Positions 21,341-31,056 of a stretch of DNA of 64,000 nucleotides are shown here, piece by piece. The DNA is from Acidobacteriota bacterium (GTDB lineage Bacteria > Acidobacteriota > UBA6911 > RPQK01 > JAJDTT01): assembly GCA_965209055.1 (NCBI GenBank), contig OZ242374.1, forward strand, positions 2,464,001 through 2,528,000, in the 5' to 3' direction. The notes under the pieces are model-generated. The model ran no database searches. It was given only the letters and a program-made list of their open reading frames with translations, and was not told where the DNA came from. Position 1 is the first letter of the stretch. Each line of letters starts with the position of its first letter. The translations under genes and the position numbers were made by a program.

Positions 21341-21458
21341 CCCGGCGGACTGCGTTGCGATTCGGGCACATACTCAAGGTATGCACCCGAATCGCGCCTT
21401 GTCCGGCGGGCGCAGGAACGGTCTCGGTGCTCGCGGGACTTTCACCACGGACTGCTAG
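21341..21458. repeat. Right part of the palindromic MITE-like element
   Basis: Starts with the att core, contains the central hairpin GCGATTCGGG...CCCGAATCGC, ends GACTTTCACCACGGACTGCTAG. Confidence 0.75.
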
Positions 21459-21559
21459 GCCGTTCTCCCCGACGGGAGATCGATGAACCCGTGGAACACT
21501 CCTTCGGATCGGCCGTTTTCCATTCTTCACCTCCAGCGTAATTTCATATACTTCGAGCC

Positions 21560-22162
21560 ATGTCCAAGGAGGCCGTCCCGCATCATCCCGTTCACAGATT
21601 CATCTCGGCGCGCTGGAGTCCATACGCCTTCTCGCGGCGGCTGATCCCTCGCGAAGATCTGCTGTCCATCTTCGAGGCGGCGCGCTGGGCGGCATCCTCG
21701 TTCAACGAACAGCCCTGGCGCTATCTCGTCGCGAGTCGCGACCGGAAGGAGGAATTCGAGAAGGTCTTGAGCTGCCTGCTCGAGGGCAACCAGGCCTGGG
21801 CCCGCGAAGTTCCGACGCTCGCGCTCGGGTGCATCAGGACAAGCTTCACCCACAACGGCCGGTTCAACCGCGTCGCACAGCACGATCTGGGACTGGCTTC
21901 CGCGAGCCTCACGTTCGAGGCGACGAGCCGGGGAATCTACGTGCATCAAATGGCCGGAATTCGGCCCGACAAGGCGCGGGAGGTATTTTCCATCCCGGAC
22001 GGGTTCGAGGCAGTAACGGCGCTGGCGCTCGGCTATCGGGCCGATCCCGGCGCTGGAGCCCCGAAATTGCGGGCACGAGACGAAGGTTCGCGCACCCGCC
22101 GGCCCCAGAGCGAGTTCGTGTTCGGCGCCGAGTGGGGAAAGCCGGGTCTTGGATCCACGTAG
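21560..22162 (+). CDS. Nitroreductase family protein
   Basis: RWSPYAF, AARWAASSFNEQPWR, HQMAG motifs. Confidence 0.9.
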   Translation: MSKEAVPHHPVHRFISARWSPYAFSRRLIPREDLLSIFEAARWAASSFNEQPWRYLVASRDRKEEFEKVLSCLLEGNQAWAREVPTLALGCIRTSFTHNGRFNRVAQHDLGLASASLTFEATSRGIYVHQMAGIRPDKAREVFSIPDGFEAVTALALGYRADPGAGAPKLRARDEGSRTRRPQSEFVFGAEWGKPGLGST

Positions 22163-22264
22163 AGAGGTGGGCAGCGGTTCTCGACGATCGATTGCCCATC
22201 GGACCCCTTGCCTATATCGTGTCGGATATCCTCCCGCCACCTGTCGAGAGTAAGGAGAACGTCG

Positions 22265-22678
22265 ATGAAGCTCCTGTCGCTGGCCCTTTCCGTCATCCTG
22301 GTGCTGTCGTCCAGCCTTCCTGCCGCCCCCGGGCCGGACGCGGTTCACATCGTGTCCATTGAAGACCTGAAAGCCGAGATCGCGGCAGGCAATGCCGAAC
22401 GCGCCGGCGACATCCGCGAAGTTCTGACACTGCTCCAACGTCCGGAGGTGCAGAAACTTGGCCGCCATTTCGACCTGGAGAAGATCGAAGCGGCAATCCC
22501 GGCACTCGATGACGACACTCTGGCCCGGCTGGCCGATGAGAGCGCTCGGATGAACGAGCAGTTTCGGGCGGGAGATTCGGAACCGCAATGCGGATGCGAC
22601 TTGAAGAGAGCCATCGCCTTATGGACCATCTTTTGGGGCTCCATAGTGGCCATTGTCGCGATTGCTGTTCTTGGGTAA
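22265..22678 (+). CDS. Exported/membrane hypothetical protein (PA2779-like)
   Basis: Signal peptide, helical middle, C-terminal TM; AAGGAG RBS upstream. Confidence 0.6.
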   Translation: MKLLSLALSVILVLSSSLPAAPGPDAVHIVSIEDLKAEIAAGNAERAGDIREVLTLLQRPEVQKLGRHFDLEKIEAAIPALDDDTLARLADESARMNEQFRAGDSEPQCGCDLKRAIALWTIFWGSIVAIVAIAVLG

Positions 22679-22859
22679 CGGCAGCTGTCGTACAGGCGTT
22701 GGACAGAGTGGTCGAAAACGAGCAGACGTTCTGACGAATTCTGATCCGTTCCCACACCGGGACAGCCCGCCCGATGCGCTTCCCGGCGGTGCTCGGCTTC
22801 GGTAAGATCAAGAGCAATCGATCCTTCTCCGAGCGCGCCCAGGACAGTTGGGAATGCCC

Positions 22860-24011
22860 ATGCCAGGTCCGATTCGCACTCTCGTTGTTTTCCTCCTGTT
22901 GATCGCTCCCGGGTTCGCCGGTCAAGAGTGCCAGGTTCCACCGGAAGCCCTCGTGGAACCGGGCGGTTCCGGGGCGGTTCCAGGACCTCCCCCCGTGGGT
23001 TTCCGGTGCAAAGACCAACCCGAGGGCGCGTCCTGCTGGATGGAGTTGGCCAACCAGCCGGGATGTTACGTCTGGAACAACTACTTCGAGCCGGACGAGA
23101 ACGTGACCTGGACGGCCGAGTGCTCGGAGGGGTTGGCTCGGGGCACCGGCACGCTCAGGGAGGTCTGGGAGGCGGGCAAGAAATCCCAGGAAAAAACGGG
23201 GTCCCTCGAAGGAGGCAGGGCACAGGGCCAATGGGTTTACCGCGACAAGGACGGGAACATTTCCGAAGGCGCCTATGAGGACGGGAACAAGCACGGCCAT
23301 TGGGTGGAGCGCCTGGAGAACGGCACGGTCCAGGAAGGCCCCTATGAGTCGGGGGAGCGTCATGGCGATTGGGTCTTGCGATTCGCTTCCGGGACTGTCA
23401 TGGAAGGCCCGTTCGCGGCGGGGAAACAGCAGGGCCGGTGGGTCTTGCGTTTCGCGTCCGGGAACGTCTCGGAAGGTTCCTATGATGCGGGTCAGCGTCA
23501 CGGGCATTGGGTCGAGAAATTCGTTTCCGGGACCGTCCAGGAAGGACCGTACAAGGAAGGGAACCGCCAGGGCCGGTGGGTGTTGCGCTTCACTTCCGGG
23601 ACCGTGATGGAGGGCGCGTTCGCGGCGGGGAAGCGTCACGGTCATTGGGTGGAACGCTACGGGGACGGGGGTGTTCAGGAAGGCCCGTATGAAACGGGGA
23701 AGCGCCACGGTCATTGGGTGGAGCGCTACCCGGACGGGACCGTCCTGGAGGGTCCGTACGAGGCGGGGAAGGAGCAGGGCCATTGGGTTTTGCGTTTGCC
23801 GGACGGGGGCGTGCAGGAAGGTCCGTACGAGGCGGGGAAACGCCACGGCCGGTGGGTCGAGCGCGACGCGGACGGTTATGTCCAAGAAGGCCCCTATGAG
23901 GAATCGCTGCGTCAGGGTTGGTGGGTGATGCGCAAGAAGGGGCTCGTGGTTGACATGGCGTACTTTACGGACGGGGAAGGCCAGTGGACATTAGGCCGTA
24001 CTCCCCGATAA
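22860..24011 (+). CDS. Secreted MORN-like repeat protein (paralog B)
   Basis: Same CWMELANQPGCYVWN N-domain as paralog A; 10 tandem 23-aa repeats. Confidence 0.8.
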   Translation: MPGPIRTLVVFLLLIAPGFAGQECQVPPEALVEPGGSGAVPGPPPVGFRCKDQPEGASCWMELANQPGCYVWNNYFEPDENVTWTAECSEGLARGTGTLREVWEAGKKSQEKTGSLEGGRAQGQWVYRDKDGNISEGAYEDGNKHGHWVERLENGTVQEGPYESGERHGDWVLRFASGTVMEGPFAAGKQQGRWVLRFASGNVSEGSYDAGQRHGHWVEKFVSGTVQEGPYKEGNRQGRWVLRFTSGTVMEGAFAAGKRHGHWVERYGDGGVQEGPYETGKRHGHWVERYPDGTVLEGPYEAGKEQGHWVLRLPDGGVQEGPYEAGKRHGRWVERDADGYVQEGPYEESLRQGWWVMRKKGLVVDMAYFTDGEGQWTLGRTPR

Positions 24012-24191
24012 GAGGGCCGGATCAGAAGCGTCAACCCGGCAACACCTGAAGGAAGGGGGCCCTGTCCAGTGGAATCCGCCGGGGAGGCGTCATCGGACCT
24101 TCGCCCGAGACGAACTCCAGGTTCGATCGACCTGCCGTAGGTCCTGGCTCCCTGCCAATCTTTCCCGATTCCAACGCCGGCGGATGCTTCG

Positions 24192-24407
24192 TCAGTCACC
24201 CTGTAAATCGCGCGCTCGCCGCCGGGCCTGCGCTACGAGTACGCCGCCGAGCCCCAGTACTCCGCCGATCAGTACGAACGCCGGCGTGTCCGCGCCTTGA
24301 TCGCCGAGCGAAGCATTGAACGCGCCGCCCGCCAGCATGCCGATCAGCATTGCAAGCAGAGCTCTCACCATGTCGCGCTTGTCCGGAAGGAATCTTCCTT
24401 TGGTCAT
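24192..24407 (-). CDS. Small two-TM membrane protein
   Basis: Two hydrophobic helices; ATGA overlap with the upstream GNAT gene. Confidence 0.6.
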   Translation of the reverse strand: MTKGRFLPDKRDMVRALLAMLIGMLAGGAFNASLGDQGADTPAFVLIGGVLGLGGVLVAQARRRARDLQGD

Positions 24408-24904
24408 TTTTCAGTCTCCAATCGCCGAGCCGCAATCTGGTGCTCCCGGGCAATTACGAAATCAACTTCGTACATGTGAAACACTGCCCGGGCCATTCCC
24501 AGTTGCCGGTACGCCTCCTGAGCCGTGCGGTTCTCGTTCTCGACATAGAGCCGAATCCCACACACGCCACGGTCCTTGGCCATTTCCAGAACCTGTCCGT
24601 AAAGCGCGCGCAGAACCCCTTGGCGCCGGAATTCAGGACGCACGTAGACACTTTGAAGCCACCAGAACACTCCGTTCCTCCAGTCGCTCCATTCGTAGGT
24701 CAGCCCCAGTTGGCCGGCCGGCCCGGACCCCGACTCCGCGATGAAGTAAAGGCCCAGTGCCTCGTCACGCAACATCGCGGCGACCCCCGCTCTCAGCCGG
24801 TCCATGTCCAAGTCCACTCCTTCGGTTTCCTGCGCCAGACGCGCGTTGAATTCAACGATGGTTTCGAGATCGGACAGTGCTGCGGGACGGATCTTCACAG
24901 TCAC
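24404..24904 (-). CDS. GNAT family N-acetyltransferase
   Basis: VYVRPEFRRQG acetyl-CoA motif; N..AQ..Y..LG. Confidence 0.9.
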   Translation of the reverse strand: MTVKIRPAALSDLETIVEFNARLAQETEGVDLDMDRLRAGVAAMLRDEALGLYFIAESGSGPAGQLGLTYEWSDWRNGVFWWLQSVYVRPEFRRQGVLRALYGQVLEMAKDRGVCGIRLYVENENRTAQEAYRQLGMARAVFHMYEVDFVIAREHQIAARRLETEK

Positions 24905-25067
24905 GAGGATAGACCACGGGGAGATTGGCTATCCACCCTCACAGCCGTACGACGCGGCCCGCTCCGGCCTGGTCGGCAGACGGCCGAGTTCCCGGCGTTT
25001 CACGTCGTTTTCGAATGAAGGGGGCCGCAGGGTCCAACAGGTCCCTCGATGCAGCCCCGGGGCAGAC

Positions 25068-26294
25068 CTAACGCCGTTTCACCTCGATCATCCGGCCATA
25101 GATCCGGCGGGAGGGGGAGGTGTAGAAGTCGTCCCGCTTGTCGTAGACGACAAACAGCTTGCCGGGACTGATCTCGCGAACCGTGGTGTAGGCGCCGGTG
25201 ATGTCCATGGCGAGCCGCGTCACCTGGGTCCAGGAATGGCCCTGGTCCAGACTGAAGGCCACGAAGATCCCGTCGTCCTTGAAGTCGGGCTTGTGCCCGA
25301 AGCTGGCCACCAGGGTGCCGTCCCACATCTCGATCAGGTCGGGATCGACACCCACGATGTCCCGCCACCTGCCCCAGCGGCTGTACTGCCAGCGCATGGG
25401 CAGGGCTTGGCTCCAAGTGGTCCCTTCATCGTCCGAGTGGGCCTGGTAGAGGGGGTTTTCCCTTCCGGTCCGCATCAGGCAGACGAGCCGTCCCTCGTGC
25501 CGCCCCCGGCTGAGGCGGACGATCACCGGCTCGTTGAATCCCTCCTGACCCATGGGCCCCGCGGCGATGGTGGAGACGTAGGACCAGTTCTTGCCCACGT
25601 CCGTGGAGCGAAGCAGCAACGCGCGGAATTGCTTCATGCTGGGCCGGTACTGGCTCGGGGTGTTGTCCTCCTGGAAGACGCCGTAGATGCCGGCCAGAAG
25701 GTCTCCGTCGGGCATCTCCAGAATGGTGCGGTGCCACAGAATCCCGGTGGGGACGGTGTCTCCCCGGTCGTCGCCGAGATTCGGTTTGGCCCGGGGAACG
25801 TGGGCGATGTAGGGCGAGGGCGTCACCGTCCGCCACTGGTCGTCGGAGTGCCAGACCTGACCCTGGAAGCGGCCGTCCCCGATGTGCCGGCTGTAGTAGT
25901 CGTAGATCAGGATCCGGCCGGACCGCAACTGGAGGGTGCATCCGGAGATGATGGGTCCGTCTCCCTGTTCCTCCGTGGGGAACCAGAGTTCCCAGGACTT
26001 GCCGCCGTCGGTGGAGCGCACGGTCCTGGGAATGTCCCGCGGGTAGTTGGGTCCGGTGTACGACTCGGGATTGGGCCGGAGGACGGTCCCGACCACGATG
26101 ATGGTCCCTTCCCGGGTGGTGGTCATGTAGGGGAAGATGGCGTCCTCCATGACCACCGTCTGGGGGCCGACGCGGATTTCCAGAGCCTCGTGTTCCGACC
26201 CGGTCGCGCCGACCGCCGGGATCAGTGGAGTGCACAACGCCAATATGTACACCATCGAGGCGATTCGCAACCGCTCTGCCGTCATCACGTTCAT
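25068..26294 (-). CDS. Secreted sialidase-like BNR (Asp-box) repeat protein
   Basis: Asp-boxes STDGGKSW, SDDQWRT, STDVGKNW, SDDEGTTW, SLDQGHSW; signal peptide. Confidence 0.8.
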   Translation of the reverse strand: MNVMTAERLRIASMVYILALCTPLIPAVGATGSEHEALEIRVGPQTVVMEDAIFPYMTTTREGTIIVVGTVLRPNPESYTGPNYPRDIPRTVRSTDGGKSWELWFPTEEQGDGPIISGCTLQLRSGRILIYDYYSRHIGDGRFQGQVWHSDDQWRTVTPSPYIAHVPRAKPNLGDDRGDTVPTGILWHRTILEMPDGDLLAGIYGVFQEDNTPSQYRPSMKQFRALLLRSTDVGKNWSYVSTIAAGPMGQEGFNEPVIVRLSRGRHEGRLVCLMRTGRENPLYQAHSDDEGTTWSQALPMRWQYSRWGRWRDIVGVDPDLIEMWDGTLVASFGHKPDFKDDGIFVAFSLDQGHSWTQVTRLAMDITGAYTTVREISPGKLFVVYDKRDDFYTSPSRRIYGRMIEVKRR

Positions 26295-26628
26295 TGCCTC
26301 CTCCCAGGTAAATCGAAGGAATCAATACCTGAGAAAAACGCCCGGATTCTACTCGGATTCACTTACGGGCTCCAACCGGCTACAGTTGATTCTCGAGTAT
26401 TTACCGCCGGACGAGTTGTATTTCGACCGTGACCTTCAAGATACAAATACTCTGAAGTACGGAATCAGAATGCAGGCGGCTATAGTTGATCGTTGAAGTT
26501 TCACTTGGCAACCGTCGCGGTATCCTCGTCCGGCTATTGGCGCCGGTGGCGGCCACGATACGTGTCGGAGTCTGAATCAAGCTGTTGTCAGAAAGGGATT
26601 CCTGAATGGCCACACGTGAGGAATTGAA

Positions 26629-27699
26629 ATGACCGGTTTATGGATCAACTCGTCAGAGGGATGGAGGTTGGAGTCGCCCGAAGTGTTTGATGACGAAGAG
26701 GCGCTTCACGGATTGGTAATCGACAACCCGGAGTTGCTACCGCTGTATGGGTCTCCTCGCCTTACGGTCTTGGGCAAAGAAGTCGTTCTCGGAAACGGAT
26801 ATGCGGATATCTTGGCAGTCGAACCGTCGGGGCGCCCCGTGATCATCGAAGTGAAATTGGGTCGCAACCCTGAGGCTCGCAGGGCCATTGTGTCGCAGAT
26901 CATTGCCTACGCGGCTTTTCTTCACGGGTTCGATGTCGACGCCCTTGAGCAAGGACCTCTCCGCAGACATCTCGCAGATGCCGGTCATCAGTCCATTCTC
27001 GACGCTGTGCGGGCGCAATATCAGGGCGGGTCCGTGGACCCCGGGTCATTCATAACTTCGTTGCAAGAGAGTCTGAACACGGGCAGTTTCAGATTGGTCT
27101 TCGTTCTGGACGACGTTCCGGCCGAACTGGAACGGATCGTTGCCTATTTGGAAACCGTGACGGTTCCGCAACTGACGATTGACCTGATCACCCTAAGGAC
27201 TTACGAGATCAACGAAGCGCTGGTCGCCTTGCCCCAACGGGTTTCACCGGGTTTCCAATCGAGCGGTCCCAATGTTGGCCCTGGCGGTTCGAGGTCTGCG
27301 GTATCCGATGGGGTCCTCTCCAACGGCTCAGGTGCGTTTAGAGCTTCGATCGCAAGCTCCGCCGAACAGGACCGTGCAGTGTTCGAGCAATTGATTGCAT
27401 GGGCGGAGAAGTTGGCTGAACTGCCGAACGTGCGTCTTCTGACCAACTCCTACCCTGATACGATTAATCTACTCCCCGCAGTGAAGCCAGCCAATGCCAG
27501 CTTGGCGTACATAGCGAATTACAAGAGCAAACCAAGCCTCTACGCTTATCGCAGCGTGATCGACCGAGTGGCGCCTGACTCGATTGAATCTATCGAAAGA
27601 GCAGTGGGGACATCGATAGGGCAGGGAACCAGGCTGCCGATAGAGCGTAATATCTTGAACGCCTTGGAATCAGCCTATCGAGAGGCAAGCGGTCACTGA
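26629..27699 (+). CDS. NucS/EndoMS-like PD-(D/E)XK nuclease domain protein
   Basis: E...L...P, ADILAV...PVIIEVK, QxxxY motifs; visibly lower GC than its neighbours. Confidence 0.65.
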   Translation: MTGLWINSSEGWRLESPEVFDDEEALHGLVIDNPELLPLYGSPRLTVLGKEVVLGNGYADILAVEPSGRPVIIEVKLGRNPEARRAIVSQIIAYAAFLHGFDVDALEQGPLRRHLADAGHQSILDAVRAQYQGGSVDPGSFITSLQESLNTGSFRLVFVLDDVPAELERIVAYLETVTVPQLTIDLITLRTYEINEALVALPQRVSPGFQSSGPNVGPGGSRSAVSDGVLSNGSGAFRASIASSAEQDRAVFEQLIAWAEKLAELPNVRLLTNSYPDTINLLPAVKPANASLAYIANYKSKPSLYAYRSVIDRVAPDSIESIERAVGTSIGQGTRLPIERNILNALESAYREASGH

Positions 27700-27979
27700 T
27701 GTCCCGACCGGGGAACAGGCTACAGCAATTGCAGTCAATTGGTGGTTGGTAGTCGATTAAGTTCACCGGGCCAACTGAGAATCCGTTCGTCAGCAGTTTC
27801 CTGCCGGTGTCCATCAAACGCCGTTGCGACGATCAGACGGTCTGGCGGGTCAGCTCTGTAGACGAGGTCGAACCCGTTGGGGTAGACAAAGGAACACACG
27901 AATCGCGCCGAAAAAAGCAAGGACCTCCGAAGAGGCCCTGCGCCCTGCGGTCGAAACCGCAAGGGGAGTTGCCGCAAAT

Positions 27980-28432
27980 CTACGCGCCCGAGCCGAAGAT
28001 TTCCAGCAACTTCTCCCGCCGGTAGTCGAAGATCCGCTTCACGTCTCTCCCGACTGCCAGCCAGTTCACCAGGGCGCCGCCCCAGACGGCGTAGCGGACC
28101 GTGTCCTCGCAGATCGCACCATTTCCCGAGTCGCGAAATCGATGTTCGTGGATCCAGAGGCGGTAGGGGCCCTTGACCTGCCGGTCCACGAATCGATGGG
28201 GTGGTTCCCAGGCCGTGATCTCGCTGATCCAGCGGACCGGCACGCCTCGGAGGCGCAAACGGTACTCGATCCGGGTTCCCTCCTGCATCCGGATCGGTCC
28301 GGGCGTGAACACCTGGAAACGGAGCCAGGGAGGGGTGAGCCTCTCCAGGTTGAAGGCGTCCGAGAAGAAGGGGAAAACGTCTACGGTCCGGCGGGCGACC
28401 TCGACCTCGCTGTTCAGTTCGAAAATTCTCAT
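27980..28432 (-). CDS. SRPBCC family protein
   Basis: VFPFFSDAFNLERLTPPW, FVDRQVKGPYRLWIHEHRF, IFDYR. Confidence 0.85.
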   Translation of the reverse strand: MRIFELNSEVEVARRTVDVFPFFSDAFNLERLTPPWLRFQVFTPGPIRMQEGTRIEYRLRLRGVPVRWISEITAWEPPHRFVDRQVKGPYRLWIHEHRFRDSGNGAICEDTVRYAVWGGALVNWLAVGRDVKRIFDYRREKLLEIFGSGA

Positions 28433-28655
28433 ACGGGTCCTGTCCGTGGCTCGACGATCCCACGGGTCGGCCGAAGTGATGGTGGCGGGCACTGCCGGAA
28501 CCGTACACGTCCCCGATCCACCAATCAGTCTATCCAGTTCGGAATTCCCGGGCCCGGGTACCGTCTGACCGAATCCCGAAAACGCGAAGGGACGGTGCGG
28601 GGCTGGCCGCCGATGCTCCCTCCTGGGTAAACTTGGCGCCGGATCGGAGGCATCG

Positions 28656-29441
28656 ATGGCCCACCTCGTTTCGGATCGACTCGAAGAACTGCTCCAGGAA
28701 CATGAACATCTCTACGGCGTCCTCTGCCGGGACGCGACCCTGACCGACATCGAGTTGATGGCGCAGGCCGGTTACCACGTCGTTTGGCTGGACCTGGAGC
28801 ACTGTCCCCAGTCCATTTCCGAGCTGATCCGGCTCACGCGGAGCATCGAGCATCTGGGGATGGTGCCCCTGGTGCGGATCCCCGAGCTGCTGCGAACCAA
28901 CGTCCAGCCGTTGCTGGACGGGGGCGTCCGCATCGTGACCCTGCCGGACGTCCGGACCGTGGAGCAGGCCGCTCGCCTGGTTCAACTGGGAAAGTTTCCG
29001 CCCCTGGGACAGCGGGGCGTCTCCTCCACCGGCGCCGGTACCGGCTTTCAGCTCGGCCCCGATTCCCTGGAGACCCTGCGCCAAGCCGACCGGACGGTGC
29101 GGATGATGGTCATGTTCGAGAGCGATGAGGGTTACGGGAACCTGGAAGAGATCGTCGGCCTCGACGGAATCGACATGGTCTCCGTGGGTCCCGGGGACTG
29201 GGCCACCGGCCTGGGTCTCAGCGGCCGGGAGGCCAAAGAGTATCTGGCCCCCAGGATCGAGCGCATCCTGCGGGTGACCCGGGACGCCGGCAAGATTTCG
29301 GTCATGTCCGCGTCCGGACCCGCTGATGCGCGTTACTATTCCGATCTGGGCGTCCGGATTTTTGTCGTGGGCGTCGACGTGGCCATGAAGCGCATGGCGC
29401 TGGTGAAGACGTTGCGCCAATTTCAGGGCGGGGAGGTGTGA
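28656..29441 (+). CDS. HpcH/HpaI aldolase family protein
   Basis: WLDLEH, LVRIP, LDGG, FPPLGQRG, VGPGD. Confidence 0.85.
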   Translation: MAHLVSDRLEELLQEHEHLYGVLCRDATLTDIELMAQAGYHVVWLDLEHCPQSISELIRLTRSIEHLGMVPLVRIPELLRTNVQPLLDGGVRIVTLPDVRTVEQAARLVQLGKFPPLGQRGVSSTGAGTGFQLGPDSLETLRQADRTVRMMVMFESDEGYGNLEEIVGLDGIDMVSVGPGDWATGLGLSGREAKEYLAPRIERILRVTRDAGKISVMSASGPADARYYSDLGVRIFVVGVDVAMKRMALVKTLRQFQGGEV

Positions 29442-30193
29442 TGACGGTTCGACTCGAGTTTGTAGGGCATGCCTGCTTTCGTGTCTTGGAAGAGGGAAGG
29501 CCGACGCTGGTCACGGACCCGTTCACCCTGACCATTACGGGTCTCGGTAACGACGGCATGAGTCTGGACGGGGATGTCGTGATCGTCAGCTCGCTGACCG
29601 ATGAATTGCATGACAACGTGTCCCTGGTCGGGGGAGAGCCGCACGTCATCAACGCCCTGGACGTGGCCAATGGCCGGGCGGAGGAGACCATCAACGGCCA
29701 ACCGGTGGCGGCCATTCCGGCGGCGGAGACGCCGGATCATCCCGACGGTCCGGAAGACAACGCCCTCTACGCCTTCCAAGCCGGCGGCCTCTGGTTCGCG
29801 CACATGGGAGACGTGGGATACGAACTGGGACGGGAGGAGTTGGCCCCGTGGGCCGGCCGGTGCGACGTGCTGCTGGCGCTGGTGGGCGAGGGGTTCACCG
29901 TCCCCTTGGATGCCCTGGACCGGATGATCGATATCCTGCAGCCCACCTGGATCGTTCCCATGCACTACGCTCTGCCGCCCTTCGGATTCCGGGGGGTTCC
30001 CGGCGGGAACATGAGTCCGGTGGACGTCTTTCTGAATCGGCGCCCGCGCGATCCGGTCATCCTCGCCCGCCATCACACCATTTCGTTCCCGACGCGGCGC
30101 GACCGCAACGGACGACCAACCATCGTGGTCCTGGAGCCGTCGGGCTATCAGGCAACCGCAGGCCTTCCTGAATTCCGGGTCGCCCCCTATTGA
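29438..30193 (+). CDS. MBL-fold metallo-hydrolase
   Basis: GHACF, TDPF, HMGD, VPMHY; GTGATGA-type overlap with the aldolase stop. Confidence 0.8.
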   Translation: MMTVRLEFVGHACFRVLEEGRPTLVTDPFTLTITGLGNDGMSLDGDVVIVSSLTDELHDNVSLVGGEPHVINALDVANGRAEETINGQPVAAIPAAETPDHPDGPEDNALYAFQAGGLWFAHMGDVGYELGREELAPWAGRCDVLLALVGEGFTVPLDALDRMIDILQPTWIVPMHYALPPFGFRGVPGGNMSPVDVFLNRRPRDPVILARHHTISFPTRRDRNGRPTIVVLEPSGYQATAGLPEFRVAPY

Positions 30194-30444
30194 ATCCAGC
30201 GGCCGGGAAGCGCACTGATAAGAAAAATGGGCGAGAAAGATAGACGCACCGGGAGTTTGGTGGGTTGGCCCAGCCGGTACATAGTGCGCCGGCCCTACAA
30301 CCCGCAAGACTGATGTTCCCACCGTAGCGCCCCGAGCCAAAGGAGCCGGTCGAGTTCGTATCCAGGAAGATAGATCGGGAGAAAGTGATGTCCGCACCCC
30401 CACGCGGACTGGAAAAATCCGATTAAATGTAGTAACAATAAATC

Positions 30445-30714
30445 CTGCTCATCGAATTCGACGAGACCAAGCGCGCGGCGACTTTGGAGGCCCGAGGGTT
30501 GGACATGGCCCTCGCCGGAGAGGTGTTCGCCGGCAATACGCTCACGGTCGAGGATGATCGTCGAGACTATGGCGAGGACCGTTTCATCACGGTCGGCTTT
30601 CTCGACGAAACGATGGTAGTTCTGGTCTGGACGCCCCGCGCCGCGGCGTATCGGGTCATTAGCATGAGGAAGGCCAATGAACGCGAAAGGAAGCTCTATT
30701 CCCCAAGATTTTGA
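30445..30714 (+). CDS. brnT: BrnT family toxin (no ATG start; CTG or downstream TTG)
   Basis: IEFDETKR..TLEARGLD, DYGEDRFITVG, RVISMRKANERE. Confidence 0.8.
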   Translation: MLIEFDETKRAATLEARGLDMALAGEVFAGNTLTVEDDRRDYGEDRFITVGFLDETMVVLVWTPRAAAYRVISMRKANERERKLYSPRF

Positions 30715-30934
30715 TCTGGACACGGCGCCGGACCTTTCCAGGGATGGCTGGCCGGAGAAGTTTGCGAAGACGGCGGTTCGCCGCGGGCGCCCCCCTCTCG
30801 CCAGACCGAAAGTGTCCACCACTATTCGACTGTCGCAGGATGTGATCGATCATTTCCGCGCCGGCGGACGCGGCTGGCAGACGCGGATAGACGAAGCTCT
30901 TCGCGAGTGGATCGGGAAACCCGACACGGCGTAA
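30677..30934 (+). CDS. brnA: BrnA family antitoxin
   Basis: RGRPP...K..TTIRLS.DVIDHFRA.GRGWQTRIDEALR. Confidence 0.9.
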   Translation: MNAKGSSIPQDFDLDTAPDLSRDGWPEKFAKTAVRRGRPPLARPKVSTTIRLSQDVIDHFRAGGRGWQTRIDEALREWIGKPDTA

Positions 30935-31056
30935 GAGGGAATGCCAACGCTTCACCTGGACCCGTTCTCCTGGATTAACATCCATGCGGCCGGCGACTGT
31001 CGGTCATCCCGAGTTCCTTGTGTCGCCCTATCGACGCCGGCGGACGCAAGAATCGC

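Larger units (their letters stand above)
10505..21352. mobile_element. Island 1: integrative element carrying defence-type cargo
   Basis: Direct repeat CCCGGCGGACTG at 10505-10516 and 21341-21352; tyrosine integrase next to the right repeat; AT-rich stretches with C-rich arm-like sites inside both ends. Confidence 0.8.
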
